DNA of 64,000 nt from the human T2T-CHM13v2.0 reference genome, Homo sapiens. This document shows, one piece after another, positions 12,493 through 27,350 of this stretch. The stretch lies in NCBI RefSeq assembly GCF_009914755.1, contig NC_060925.1. The stretch is one strand, 5' to 3'. Below the pieces are notes generated by a model. It saw only the letters and a program-made list of their open reading frames with translations. It had not been told where the DNA came from and ran no database searches. Positions within the stretch are counted from its first letter, which is position 1, and every line of letters begins with the position of its first letter. The position numbers and the translations under genes were made by a program.

Positions 12493-14269
12493 CTGCTTTA
12501 AATTATCTCAACTTAAAGATGAAGGAAATAAGCCAAAGGTATTAAAACCTATTTTAAGTAGGTTAGCTGGGGCCACAAAGCTGGTAACAGGTAGGACTAG
12601 GATTTGAATCAAACAGCCTGACTCCAGAACTTGTGTTAGTCACCAGTATCTTATATATAATATATATGAAATGCCTAGCATAGTACCTAGCACACAGGAG
12701 ATACTTAATACATCTGTTTTATTAGCATGGTATTCCCTTTCTTTTTACCTCCTTTCCCAGTTTCCTATCAATTCCAGTTACCTTTTGCTTTTCTTCTGCA
12801 AGATAATTCAGTTAAGCATATTTCTGGCCAATTCTATGCCCATGATCTCAGTCTATCCAACAACTCTATGAGGTTGGTATCATTATTTTCATTTAAAAGA
12901 TGAAGAAACTACATCTTGATCTCTGAGCTCCCAGGAATCTTTGCACTCCATTTGGGGACCCTCAGAGGAAACGTTGCTAGGAACTTTTGGAACATTTGTT
13001 TTATGCGGCAAACTAGCATCAAAGAAAAAAGAATCTCAGTGGCTGCTTGAGAAAGGATTACAATCTAATTAGGGAGACAAAACCAAAATACTGAGACAAC
13101 AGCAGGCATTTTAAAGTAAGTTATTTAGTACAGACAGTAAGTGAGTGTGAATTCAGAGAGCTGGGAACAAGAGAGCGGACAGGGGAGGGGAGGGCTCTCA
13201 AGTTTCCTGGTCAAATGTGAACTGTGCCTTGAATGACAGACTGAATTTAAAAAGGAGAGGCTCAGATTCAGGCATGATGGAAGCGGGAAAAGGAACCACA
13301 GATTTCCTGCAGAAATGGAAGTGAGAGCTCTCAGACGGACAGAATCAGCAAATCCCTGGGAACTGTAGAAAATCAGAATGAGTAAATAATGTGGTGACAG
13401 ATTCTACAGGATTTTGAAGGCCAGAGAGAGGTACCTGGGTTTCAGAATAACAATAGTGATCATCATAACACTTAGTTGCAGGATTGCTGACCACACACAT
13501 TTCACATATGCTCGCCCTTAACCCTCCTTGTCCATTCTGTGATGTAGGTATCATCCTGTTTTACAGATATGAAAATTGAGGCTTAGATTATAGCAATCAA
13601 AGGTTGATGGGAAAATTAGAAATATTCTGCTTACTTAGTTCAACAGTGCAGAGCTTTTGTGTTGTTACGTTCTTCCTTGGATACATGTGCTTGTCGTTGA
13701 GATTTTATAGGGTAATCTATATACCCTATAAACCCATTTAATATAATCATAGGTTCTGCTTGTTCTAATACTGTTACCTATAAACAATTCCCCATGGACT
13801 CAGATGGAAAGTGCCATGAATTAAAGACCTTACACTACCTGGACCACTCTGATACTGCCCACCACAGGCAATGGGCAGCTATGGCATGGTTTAGAGCATA
13901 GGATACCATAATGAAAAGGATCAGTTCTTTCAACAAAGGCCGGATGGGAAAGACAGGAAGGAGGAAATCGTGTGAACCCAGAAGTGTGATATTCGATGGA
14001 GAGGCAATCCTGGGATGAACACCCAGAGCTTGGGTTTGGGATGGCTGAAGAACTTATGCCAAGAAGAGAAGGCACACATGTAGATTGAGAAGGCCATGAC
14101 CAGCACTGCTTAAGTCTTACCACTTAGTCATAGTTGAGGGACATAAGACTTGAAGTATGGAGATTTAGGCTCAAGTCCTAGTCTCACGGCTACTGGCACT
14201 ATGTGAAGAAGGACGGAAAAGGCAAGAATTATATGCTGATTGAGTTATGCAATATATTGTGTCTTCCCA

Positions 14270-14720
14270 TCAATAGCACTTAAGTATTTCTGTGTGCCAG
14301 CACTTTCTAATTTCTCTTCTAATCGCTTAACATATATTAACTTATTTAGTCTTCAGAGAAACCCTATTAGATTGGGGGTATTATCATCTTCTTTGTATAG
14401 CTGGGGAGACTGAGGCACAGAAAAGGTTAAGTAACACACCTATGGTCACACAGCTGGTATGTAGAGAAACTACACTTTGAACCCATGCAGTTTGGCCCCT
14501 GAGTCCATGCTCTTACTTACTGTCACATTACCTCTCAGGAGAAAACAGGATAGGTGTTACGAGCCCAGTTTTACAGATGATGAGACTGTGGGTCCAAGAC
14601 CATAAGGGATTTGACTAAAGATCAAACAACTAAACAAACTGTTACGCTGGCATTTGAACTAGGTCTTCCTAATTCTGATCCAGACATTCTTTCTATCAGA
14701 TCACACTGCCTCCTGTTGGT
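14270..14720 (-). mobile_element. Tandem MIR fragments
   Basis: gagactgaggcacagaaaaggttaagtaac...ggtcacacagctgg; ttttacagatgatgagactg. Confidence 0.7.
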
Positions 14721-15749
14721 GTGAAAGCATTTTACAACCATAAACCTCCTCCTGTTTATTAACACATTATTATGATAGATATAAGGCTTCTCTGATTCAG
14801 TAGGAAAACTAAGGAGGTAGATCAGCCAAGCTCGTGGTTGGTAGTAATAAAGGGCTTGCCTTCTAGACGGTGACTCCCTCCAGGAGAGCCACCAACCAGT
14901 TCCTAACCTCTGTTTCTTGCAGTTCCTACAGAGCCTGGCATGGGGCAGAGGGTGGCTCTCTACAAATGTTTGTTAAACACAACTTGTTCCAGATAGAAGC
15001 ATGTGAGGCTCTCCACTACCACCAGTGGCATAGCAGGCACACCCATGCATTAGCGACTTGCCCTCTGCCAACTCCTGGGATGGTGATATGATGATGGTTC
15101 TTTGTAAGCTTGTCACTTGTCCCTCTTCCAAAGTGAGTTTACCCAGAGGAGCATTCTGAGGTTGAATTTGTCCCATACCACCCCTTCACCTACACATTGA
15201 CACTCCCCGCTGTATACCATGGGGTCAGAGACCTTGCACTACAAAGGCCCCTTGCCAAGCGTGGTATTGCTTGCAGCCTGTCTGAGGCTTTCACTACTTT
15301 CCCCCAGACTCTCAGCCCCTGGCCTCCTGGCTCATGGCCACTCCCAGTGCCCTTAGCTTTAGCTTCCTGACCCCCCTATAACTGGCACCCAGGACCACTT
15401 CACCAGCTTCCTTCTCAGAACAATTGACTTTTGCCCCTGGGGTACTTATACCTCTTTTGTTCAAGGTCACACCCCAGCTCAACACCCAGGATCCACCCTG
15501 CCAGCCTGTGTGAGAGCCATCCCCACTAGACTTTGAAAGGGACTGGACAGTGTGTTCAGCCACCTTCTCAAGGGCCTGTCCCTGGCAGCTTTACTGGTCC
15601 CACCTGTTCCTAGCCTAGGAGCTGCCAATCCAACAAGATGAGGCTATTCTGGGAAGAAGCAGGAAGACCTCTTCACCCTAATTGAGTCTTTCTTAACAAA
15701 GAAGTCAACAGAACTTTTTTTTTTTAAGTGTTTTAAATACTGCACAGGA

Positions 15750-16320
15750 TGCTACAGCAGTTAAGAGCATGGCCTCTGGAATCAGAAGGATATGAGTTAA
15801 AAATCCAGTTCTGCCACTTGCTAGCCATGTCATCCTAGGGAAATTACTTAACCTTTCTCAACCTCGGTTTCTCATTTGTAAAATGGAGCTAAAAAAGGCC
15901 CACATTACTAGGTAATCATGAGAATTCTGTGAAATGATATATGTGAGCATATGTCACAGCATGTGACAAGCAGTAGATGCTCAATAAATGATAGTTATTA
16001 TCAGCATTATATTAAATATTATTAAAGTATCTTTTAAGACTTTCTGGAGACATTTCATTCAGACAGTTATTTATTCAACAAACATTTATCGAGAGCCTGC
16101 ATTTCTCCAGATCCATGCTGAGTGCAAATATGGGATGTATAATTATGTTTATAAAAAAGAGCGGTGCATGTTAATCACTTACTATAGGCCAGACACTGTT
16201 CTAGGCATTTTAGGAACATTCTTTCATTTAATATTGATAAGGGCCTTGCAAGTTGGCAGAAATTATAATTGTCATTTTAGAGATGAAAAAACTGAGGTTC
16301 AGAGAGGTTATCCCCAAAAA
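15750..16320. mobile_element. MIR fragments (15750-15990; 16170-16320)
   Basis: MIR cores ctcggtttctcatttgtaaaatgg and cattttagagatgaaaaaactgagg. Confidence 0.7.
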
Positions 16321-17716
16321 GACATGACCTGTGATTGAGTGTGGCATGCATCACCCTTAAATAAACCAAAATATTTTAAGTTCAAGTCCCCACTATTGAG
16401 AGATCGACAATTTACTCCCATGTAGTAGAATGCCTTTATATAACTTTCTTGTTAAAGTCAAGGTCAGAGCAAAGTGGTGTGATTTCCTCCTCATTGGTAA
16501 AAATCTCTGTAAGAGGTGAGTGTTCTCGTGCCTTTGTTAGCATGCCAGCAATGAGCCTGGGGTCTCTCCTCTGATTACTGGGGATTTCATCATCATTCAG
16601 GATACCTTCTCTCATTATGTGGGACTGAAAATAGAGATAGAAAAGGCAACAGGTAAGGGGCTCATAGTGAACTCACCCAATGCATGCTTTGCAAGTTATT
16701 TTGTTTTTTAAGCAAGTCCCAGTCATGATCTTGCTTTCGGATTCATGCCTTATGCCTGTAGCCATTGAAAGCCAAGTATGTCAGGGGGAAAAAAAGGTCC
16801 TTCAGTTAGCTGAGGTTTTATTCTGTTTCTACTTTGGTGGTTTGAAACTAATTACAGACTCGGTTGTGCCTACATGTGCAAAATGAAATGAGAGGTTGAG
16901 CCAATTACTTTAATAATGAAGAGAGGAAAATCCACTTTTCTTTCCATTATCTAAAGATTTCAGGCATATGTGAGTTTTATATATGTATATATTAAATTAT
17001 GTGAAAAATTGGCCTCAAGCCTTCATTTCACTTTGCCTGTCTAGAAACAGACTCAAATTTTGTTTCGGAAAGGAGATGACATGCCTTAGGCATCTTCCAG
17101 GAGACTAGAGGGTCTTGTTGTAACAATTGCAGCTAAGATTGATTTTCTTATTGTTATGATGAATACTTGTGCCTGCCTGGGGGAGGGAGGTATATTATGA
17201 AGGATGACTTTTAAAAAAAGGCTGGAATACCTAGAATAAACTTTAGGAGGAAGTTTCCACTCATATTATTTATTCATTCATTTATTTAGTTCTTTTCAGG
17301 ACCTGCAAAGCCCTCCTGGCCTGGTGCTCACTCCCTTTCTAATTTCATCTCCTTCTGCCACTTGCCCAAACTGCCCCAGCAGGTCTGGCTTCGTTGCTCT
17401 CTTTCCATTCACTGAGCACACTTCCAACTCAGGGCTTTCAAGCTTACAGTTCCCTCCGTGTGGAATCATCTTTCCGTTGATTTTTTCATTGTTCACTCCC
17501 TCATTCCCTTGGATCTCTGCTCAAATGTCATTTTATCAGAGAGATGCCATTCCTAGTCACCCTATACAAACTGCCTGCTCCACGCCTACCATTCTCTGTC
17601 CCCCTTGCCCTACTTGATGTTTTTTTCTCCCTAGTACTTACCACCATCTGTGTGATATATGTGCATGAACTTATGTGTTATTTTGATAAACATGACCATA
17701 TATTTTATTTTAATAA

Positions 17717-18135
<419 letters not shown>

Positions 18136-19132
18136 TAACATCTTACATTAGTATGGTGCGTTCGTTACAATTAATGAACCAGTATTGATACATTATTATT
18201 ATTTTATTTTATTTGTTCACCAGTTTGGAATGCAATGTATTTTTAAACAGAGTGAAAGACACCTGACAGGTAACTGAACAAGTTAGCATTAGCTGGGCCC
18301 AAGATTAACCAACTTGTATCAACATTCACAGACTTCTGCAGATTCCCTGAGGACAGCAATATCCAATAGTGTTTACTTGTTTTGTGAGCACAGTAATAGA
18401 AGCAAAGCGAGACCTTTGTTAATTAAAGCACATATTTTATGCAGATTTCCTTAGATTTTACCTAACATCCCTTTTCTATTCTAGCATCCCTTCCAGGACA
18501 CCACGTTACATTTAGTCATCATGTCTCCTTAAGCTTTTCTGGCTTTTGATGACCTTGACATTTTTGAGGAGTACTGGTCAGATACTTTGTAGTATGTCCT
18601 TCAGTTGAGATTTGTCTAATTTTTTTTTTTTTCATGATTGGAGTTTTGGTCTTTTGGGAGAAAACAGAAGACTGACAAAGTACCATTCTCATCATATCAT
18701 ATCAAGGATACTTACTATCAGTGTAACTTATCGCTATTGATGTTGGCCTTGGTCACCTAAGGTAGTGTTTGTCAGGCTTCTCCACTATAAAATTACTCTT
18801 TCTCCTTCCTTTTTACACTGTACTCTTTGGAAAGAAGTCACTAAACACATCTCAAACTTAAGGAGTGAGTGAGAAGTAAGTTACGATCTACCTCCTCGTG
18901 GGAGGAATATCTACATAAATTTGGAATTATGCTGTTTGGGAGATTTGTCTCTTCTCATTTATTTATTCACTCATTCATCTGATAACTCATACATATTTAT
19001 ATTTTTGGTTATAATCCAGTACTACTTTGTTTTGTTACTCAGTTGTTCCAGTTGTAGCCATTGGCAACTCCTCAGTTGGCTCCTATGACCCTTTGACATA
19101 ATCCCGTAATTGTGTGTCTTGTGAGGTTTTAA

Positions 19133-19548
<416 letters not shown>

Positions 19549-20333
19549 AGAGTCTGCTTCTTGTTACTGGAGACTGGTGGTTAGACACCAAGATTTGGGC
19601 ACTAAGTGTGCTCATTGCTCTTGGGCTATTGTCAATGCTTCTTGGCCCTCCCAGCTGAAAGAGCAAGGAAATGTGTATGTACCCTAACCCATGTATATAC
19701 CCATATCTATAAATATTTCTGTATGTAATCATCTTTTTGATATTAAGCTAAACATGAATTCACACTGGTTTCCTACTGTAATCTATTGCCACATGGATCA
19801 TTCTAACTCGCTCTCCTTGCTTATATTTAAATTCCCCCTCAAATAATGAGAAATCTGGCTCCCACCATCTGCCATCCATTTACTTAATTATTCAATTTCA
19901 GTATACATGTATAGAAATACCAGAATTGTTAACTCATACCATTGCAGAATACAACTTTATTAACTGGAAGACAGTACTTATATACAGTTTTCTTGGCATT
20001 TTCTTGTTTTTTTTTGGGGGGGGGTGGTTGGGGGTTTTTTTATCTTTAGTTTTTCAGACTCTACTAATTTCTGAAGTTACTTAGGTCAGCACCTTAATCA
20101 CCCACCACACAGAGTGAGATCGTTTTATACACTAGTAACACAGTTACATTGTTTTTGACATACTACATTCCATCATGGGATCCCCCACCTCCTGAATTTT
20201 TAAAATTTACGTACATTAAGGTTTACTTTTTGTACTCTAACATTCAGTGGTTTTGATAAATGCATAATGTCATGCATATTCAATTACAATATCATATAGA
20301 ATAGTTTCAGCACCCTAAAAGTTAAAAATCCCA

Positions 20334-20625
20334 TCTGGGCATGGTAGTTCACACCTGTAATCCCAGCACTTTGGGAGGCCTAGGCAGGCAGATCACATGA
20401 GGTCAGGAGTTCAAGACCAGCCTGGCCAGCATGGCAAAACCCCGTCTCTACTAGAAATGCAAAAATTAGCCAGGCATGGTGGCAGGGGCCTGTAATCCCA
20501 GCTACTCAGGAAGCTGAGGCAGGAGAATCGCTTGAACTTGGGTGGTGGAGTTTGCAGTGAGCCAAGATTGTGCCACTGAACTCCAGCCTGGACAACAGAG
20601 CAAGACTCCGTCTCAATTAAAAAAT
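20334..20625 (+). mobile_element. AluS
   Basis: Full Alu; TSD ~aaagttaaaaatccc. Confidence 0.95.
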
Positions 20626-20648
20626 TAAAGTTAAAAATCCCCCGTGTT

Positions 20649-20950
20649 GGCCAGGCATGGTGGCTCATGCCTGTAATCCCAGCACTTTGGGAGGCCGAGG
20701 CAGGCAGATCACGAGGTCAGGAGATCAAGACCATCCTGGCTAACACAGTGTAACCTTGTCTACTAAAAATACAAAAAAAAAAAAAATTAGCCAGGCATGG
20801 TGGCAGGTGCCTGTAGTCCCAGCTACTCAGGAGGCTGAGGCAGGAGAATGGCGTGAACATGGGAGGTGGAGCTTGCCATGAGCAGAGATTGCACTGCTGC
20901 ACTCCAGCCTGGGCAACAGAGCGAGACTCCATCTCAAAAAAAAAAAAAAA
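20649..20950 (+). mobile_element. AluY-like
   Basis: Full Alu with gagatcaagaccatcctggctaacac and an A-tail. Confidence 0.95.
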
Positions 20951-23332
20951 TTCCCCTGTGTTTTACCTCTTTAACTTTCCCTCCTTTTTTCCCAACTCCT
21001 TGACGATCACTGATCTTTTTATTGCCTCTATAGTTCTACCTTTTCTAAAATGTCACATAATTGGAATCTTGCTCCACATACTTTTTTAGCATTTGGCATT
21101 GTTCGTTTTTTTATTTTAGCTATTCTAATAGGTTTATAGATGAATGTCACTGCTGTTTTAATATGCAATTTTTAATGGCAAATGATGTTGAGTGTCTTTA
21201 TATATATTATGTGCCATCTATATATCTTCTTTGGTGAATCACATGTTCATATATTTTGCTTACTTTTTCACTACATTGCTTGTTTACTTATTGTTGAATT
21301 TTAAGAGTTCTTTGTATATTCAGATACAAGTTTCTTTATCAGATATGTGTTTTCTTCTAGTTTGTGGCTTGTCTTTCCATTCTGTTAAAAATGTCTGTTG
21401 CAGAGCAGTTTTAGAATTTTAGTGATCCAGCTTATCAATTTTTTTCATGGATTATGCTTTTGGTTTTGTATCTAAACTTATCACCTAACCCAAGGTCACC
21501 TAAATTTTTTCCTGTTATCTTCTAGATGTTTTATAGTTTTGTGTTTTACAATTACATATGTGATCCACTTTGAGTTAATTTTTGCAGAATGTCTAATGTC
21601 ACTGTCTAAATTCATTGTTTTGCATGTGGACATACAATATTTCAAACATGACTTGTTGAAAATATTACACTATATCCTTTGAATTACCTTTACTCCTTTG
21701 TCAAAGGAGTTGGAAAAGGAATAAATCAGTTGACTCTATTTGTGTCTATTTCTGGATTCTCTCCTTGGTTCCATTGATCTATTTGTCTTTTCTTTCCCCA
21801 ACCTTACACTGTCTTAATTATTGTAGCTTTACAGTAAGTCATGAAGTTGGGTAGTGTCAGTTCACTGACTTTGTTCTTTTTCTTTAGTATTATGTTGACT
21901 AATGTAGATCTTTTGCCTTTCCATATAAATTTTAGAATCATTTTATGGATACTTAAAAATAGTTCGCTGAAAATTCAATTTATTTATTTCATCAGAGTTT
22001 TGTAATTTTCCACATATAGATTCTGTGTACTTTTGTTAGATTTATACCTAAGTGTTTTTGTGGGGGTTTTTTTTGTTTTTTGTTTTTTGTTTTTTTTGCA
22101 GCATGCTATTTTAAGTGTTATTTCTTAATCAAATTCCATTTTTTCCTCAATGGTAATTGCTAGAAAGAAATTGACTCTTGAATATTAACCCTGTATCCTA
22201 TACCCTTACTTGTTTGCTTATTAGTTCCAGGATTTGGTGGTGTTCTCATTGGGTGGGTTGGTTGATTTGTTCATTCTTTGTGATTTTCCACATAGACATT
22301 CATGTCATCTGAGAATAAAGACAGTTTTCTTTCTTTCTTTCCAGTATGTATGCCTTCTCATTTCTTTGTCTTTTTGCACTAGCTAAGACTTCCAGTACAG
22401 TCTTGAATAGGAGTGGTGAGAAAGGACATTCTTGCTTTGTTCCTGATCTTAGTGGGAAAGCATCCAGTTTTCCATCAAGTATGATAATAGCTGTAGAGTT
22501 TTTTTGTACATGTTCTTTATCGAGGTGAGGAAAATCCCCTATATTCATAGTTTGCTGTGAATTTTTAATTTTTAATCACAATAAAAAATGATTGTTAGAT
22601 TTTTTTGAAATATTTCTCCTTCATTTATCAACATGATTATATAATTGTTTTTATTTAATCTGTTGATGTAATGGATTACATTGACTGATTTTTGAATGTT
22701 GAACCAACCTTGTACACCTGGAGTAAATCGTATTTGGTTGTGGTATATAATTCCTTTTACACGTTGTTGGATTGATTTGCTAATATTATATTAAGAATAT
22801 TTTGCATCTATATTCATGAGAGAGAGTGGATTTTGGCTTTCTTTTTTTAATGTCTTTGTCTGGTTTTGGTAATAGGGTAATGCTGACCTCATAGAATGAG
22901 CCAGTAAGTTTTTCTTCTGCTTATTTTCCTGGAGGACATGGTAAAGAACTGGTATAATTTCTTCCTTAAATGTTTGCTAAAATTCACTAGTAAAAACCAT
23001 TTGGGCCTGGCACTTTGGTTTTTGGAAGGTAATTAATTATTGATTCAGTTTCATTAGTGGATACAGCTCTATTCAGATGATTTATTTCTTGTGTAAATTT
23101 TGATAGTTTTTGTCTTTCAAAGAAGTAGTCCATTTCATCTAAATTATTTTTAGTTGCCAATGTTAGTAATTTGTAACTTCTCTCTTTTTATCTTGATTAC
23201 CCTGGCTAAAGGTTTGTCAGTTTTATTGCTCTTTCTAAAGAACCAGCTTTGGTTTCATTGATTTTTCTCTATTGCTTTCCTGTGTTTAAATTCATTGATT
23301 TATGCTCTAATTTTTATTATTTCTTCTGCTTT

Positions 23333-24238
23333 TTTAAAATTTTAATTTCAACTTTTATTTTAGATACAAAGAGTACATGTATAGGTTTGTTACATAGGTA
23401 TATTGTGTGATGCTAAGGTTTGGGTACAGATCCTTTCTCCCAGGTAGTGAGCATAGTACACAATAGGTAGTTTTTCAACCCATGTCTCCCCTCCCTCCTG
23501 TCCCCCTCTAGACATCCCAGTGTCTCTTGTTCCCATGTTTATGTCCATGTCTGCTCAGTGTTTAGTTCCCACTGACAAGTGAGAATATGTGGTATTTGGT
23601 TTTCTGTTCCTACATTAATTTGCATAGGATAATGGCCTCCAGCTACCTCCACGTTGTTGAAAAGGACGTGATTTTTTTCTTTTTTATGGCTGCATAGTAA
23701 TCTGTGATGTACATGTTCCACATTTTCTTTATCCAGTCCACCATTGATGAACACCTAGGTTGATTATATGTCTTCACTATTATGAATAGCATGGCAATGA
23801 ACATGCGAGTGCGTGTGTCTTTTTGGTGAAATGATTTCTTTTCCTTTGGATGTATACCCAGTAATGGGATTGTTACATTGAATGGTAGCTCTGTTTTAAG
23901 TTCTTTGAAAATATTCACAGTTAAAATGAATTACCTAGGAATATACTAACCAAGGAGGTGAAAGATCTCTACAAGAACTATAAAACACTGCTGAAAGAAA
24001 TTGGAGATGATACAAATAAATGCCAAAACATTTCATGCTCATGGATCAGAGCAATCAATATTGTTAAAATGGCCATACTTCCCATACAGATTCAATGCTA
24101 TTCCTATCAAACTACCAAAATGATTTTTCACAGAATTAGAAAAGCCTATTCTAAAGTTCATATGGAGCCAGAAAAGAGCCTGAATAGCCAAAGCAGTTCT
24201 AAGCAAAAAGAACAAGGCCAGAGGTATCACAATACCTG
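23333..24238 (-). mobile_element. L1PA/L1PB insertion with 5' inversion (3' end on - strand ~23333-23915; inverted ORF2 piece on + strand ~23920-24238)
   Basis: - strand ORF2 C-terminus (ELKTELPF...WIKKMW) abuts + strand ORF2 ([14 protein letters not shown]...[10 protein letters not shown]). TSD TCTTCTGCTTT at 23322-23332 and 24239-24249. Confidence 0.88.
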
Positions 24239-26849
24239 TCTTCTGCTTTCTTTAGATTTAAATTACTATTTTTCCCCTCCTTGTCTCCAATGTCTCTTTT
24301 GCCTGAAATTAATGTAACTACTACAACTTTATTTTGATTAGTGTTAGCATTGTGTAGCTTTCTGCATCCCTTTACTTATAACCTGTCTAAGTTAAAAGTG
24401 GGTTTCTTTGTAGGCCTTATTCTTTTAATCATCTCTGGCAATTTCTTTCTTTTAATCAGTGTATTTAGACAATTCACATTTAAAGTGATTATTGATATAG
24501 TTGGGTTATTATCTACCATGTTTGTAACTATTTTATATTTGTAACATTTATTCTTTGTTTACCTTTTTTTCCTCTTGGCCTTTCACTGGTATTCATCAGG
24601 CATTTTATGTGATTTCATTTTCTCTCCTCTCTTAGCATATCAATTATACTTCTTTTTTTAAAAGGTAGTAATGTCCCTAATGTTTGTAGTATACATGTTT
24701 AATCTAAGTCTGGCTTCAGATAACGCTATACCACTTACATGTAGTGCAGGTACCTTATAAGGAAGTACTTTCAATTCCTCCTTCCTATCCATTATAACAT
24801 TGCTGTAATTTATTTCATTTATCCATTTGCTATAATTACTCAATATATTGTTACTATTGTTACTTTAAACATATAATTATAGATCAATTAAGAGTAAAAA
24901 GATGAAATATTATCATTTACCTTCATTTATTTCTTCTCTGATGCTTTTCTTTTATGTAGGTCCAAGTTTTTGACCTATATCATTTTCCTTCTCTCTGAAT
25001 AACTTTTTTTCAACATTTTTTATAATGTAGATCTCCTTTCAATAAATTTTTATTTGAGAATATCTTTCTTTCTCTTTCATGTTTGAAGGATAGTTTCATT
25101 GGGCATAGAATTCTAGGTTAGTGAGGTTTTTCTTTTAATACTTTAAATATTTTACTCCATTCTAGTTTTATTTACACGGTTTTCTGAGAAGTCCATTGTA
25201 ATTCCTATGTTTGTTTCTCTATAGATTAGGTGGATTTCTTGCCCCCTTTGGCTTCTTTCAAAATTCCCTCTTTGTCTTTGGTTTTAATTTTGATTATGAT
25301 TTGCTCAGCTTTCGATATTTTCATATTTATTCTACTTTGTGTTCTCTGAACTTCTGGATCTATTGTTTGGTGTTTCTTCTTTATTTTGGGAAATTCTTAG
25401 CCATTATTACTTCAGATATTTCTTCTGCTCCATTCTCACTTTGTTATCTTCATATTCTAACCATGCATATGTTATACGTTTTGAAATTTTTCTTGGGTGT
25501 CCTGGGTGTTTCCCTCCATTCTTTTTTCTTTTTGCATATCAGTTTGGGAAGTTTTTAACTGATGTATCTTCAAATTCACTGATTCTTTCCTTGTCCTTGT
25601 TAAGGCCATCAAAGGCCTTCTTTGTTTCTGTTGGTCTTTTTATTATTATTATCATTATTATTATTATTAGGATTTCTTTTAGATACTTTTTTAGCATTTT
25701 CGTCTCTCGTTACATTGTCCGTTTGTGCATAGTGTTTACTTTTTCTATTAGAACACTTATTAATCATAGTTGCATTAAATTATCTGATAATTCTAACATT
25801 TGTGTTATATCTGAGTTGGGTTCTGATTCTTGCTTTCTCTCTTTGGACTGTGTTTTTCTTGCCTTTTAGCATGCCTTTTAATATTTTGTTGAAACATGGA
25901 TATGATGTATCTGGTAATAGGAACTGAGACAAATAGGTCTATATGTGACATTTTGTGTTAGAAATTGAACTGTGTTTAATGTTTGTTATAGTTGTACATG
26001 CCAGAGGCCTCACATTCTTCTATTGTCCTTATTTTTTCATCCCCACTATTGTCTTTGGCGTCCCTAAGATCTCCTCCTTAGATAGAGTCTATGTCTTGCT
26101 GCTCTTTGAGCTGTAATTCACTAATATTATACTGGGGTCATGTCGATGTGGTTTTAAGGTATGGGGAAGGAAAAGCATTCTATAATCTTTTGATTATATC
26201 TGTCTTTTAGTGGGACTATGTCCCTGAGCTATGACCTTCATAGATGTTCTTAGGCCCCTACTCCTTTAGGTGAGACAGAAGGCTTGCAGGCACTAGAGTT
26301 GAAGAGATGTCCTTCCCCTGTGTGCAATAGGCTTTTGTAAAGTCTCTTCCTCTTAAAAGGTCTTTATTATGGAGAACTCTGTGTTATGGAAAAACACTGT
26401 AAAAAATATTTTACAGTGTTTACGCTTTCCCTCCCCCTGCCAGAGCCAAGAGGGGATCATTCTTGACTCTTTGGATTCCTGGAGGTAAAACCGATGAAAG
26501 TGTGGGCCCCCTTCCACTAAGACTGTTACCCTCAGGAGTTGCTCGCTTTCCTATTAGTCCACACTCAGCCCCCAACACTTCAAATTACCACTGAAGTGTC
26601 CCTACCAGTTTATGACTCCAGCAGCTGCTCCTCCAAGTAAGATCTCAGCTGTGACTGTCTGGGTTGTCCTTTCTCTTCAGATTTCAGGGTGATAGTTTGT
26701 CCTGTAACCTCAGTTCTCTTATGGATCCAACAAAAATCACTGATTTGCAGTTTCTTAGCTTTTTTTTTTTTTTTGGAGTAAGGATGGGATAAATGACTTA
26801 GACAGTTTTTACATGTTGGAGCTATAACCACAAGTCTCTACATGTCTTT

Positions 26850-27350
26850 AATGTACTTGCTGACTTTCCCTACTGGAATGTAAGCTTATGAAAGCAGGGG
26901 CCATGTCTGTTTTATTCATAGCTACAGCTTCAGTAGCCAGAATAGCACCTGACTCAAAGTAAGCGGGCCAATAAATAGTTGCTAATAGACTAATTAATCT
27001 CTTGGCAGTCATTGAGCATATTGTTATACCAGGCACTGTGCTTAGTGTGGAAAGACATCAGGTGCCTACATTATTACAGTGGTGTGGGGGCAGGGCATGG
27101 TGGACATACAACTAACATAACAATAAACCACAGATCAGAGAATAGGGAAGTTTTAAAGCACTGAGGACACATACCTCATCTAGCCCAAGCAAGAGGGAGG
27201 TAGAGGTAAAGCATTGCCAGAGAAGAAAACCATCACCTGAGTTGAGTTGTAAACAATGAGTAGCTGTTAGCCTGTATAGTGGAGAGGGACCCAGCCAAGG
27301 AGACAGCACAGACCTGTCAAAGTCCATGTCGGACAACATGCAAAGTGATT
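26850..27350. mobile_element. L2 LINE fragments
   Basis: ctactggaatgtaagcttatgaaagcaggggccatgtctgttttattca (L2 3' end). Confidence 0.7.

Noticed and set aside
16541-16652. Possible cryptic exon (ttgttAG ... CAG|GTAAGG) near a TCAAGGTCA nuclear-receptor motif at 16458
   Set aside because: Such splice-like pairs and single motifs are common by chance in 54 kb, 112 nt would shift the frame, and no transcript evidence is available.
25211-25869. Hydrophobic 115-aa and 176-aa ORFs
   Set aside because: Translation of the T-rich antisense strand of an old L1; an artefact of composition.
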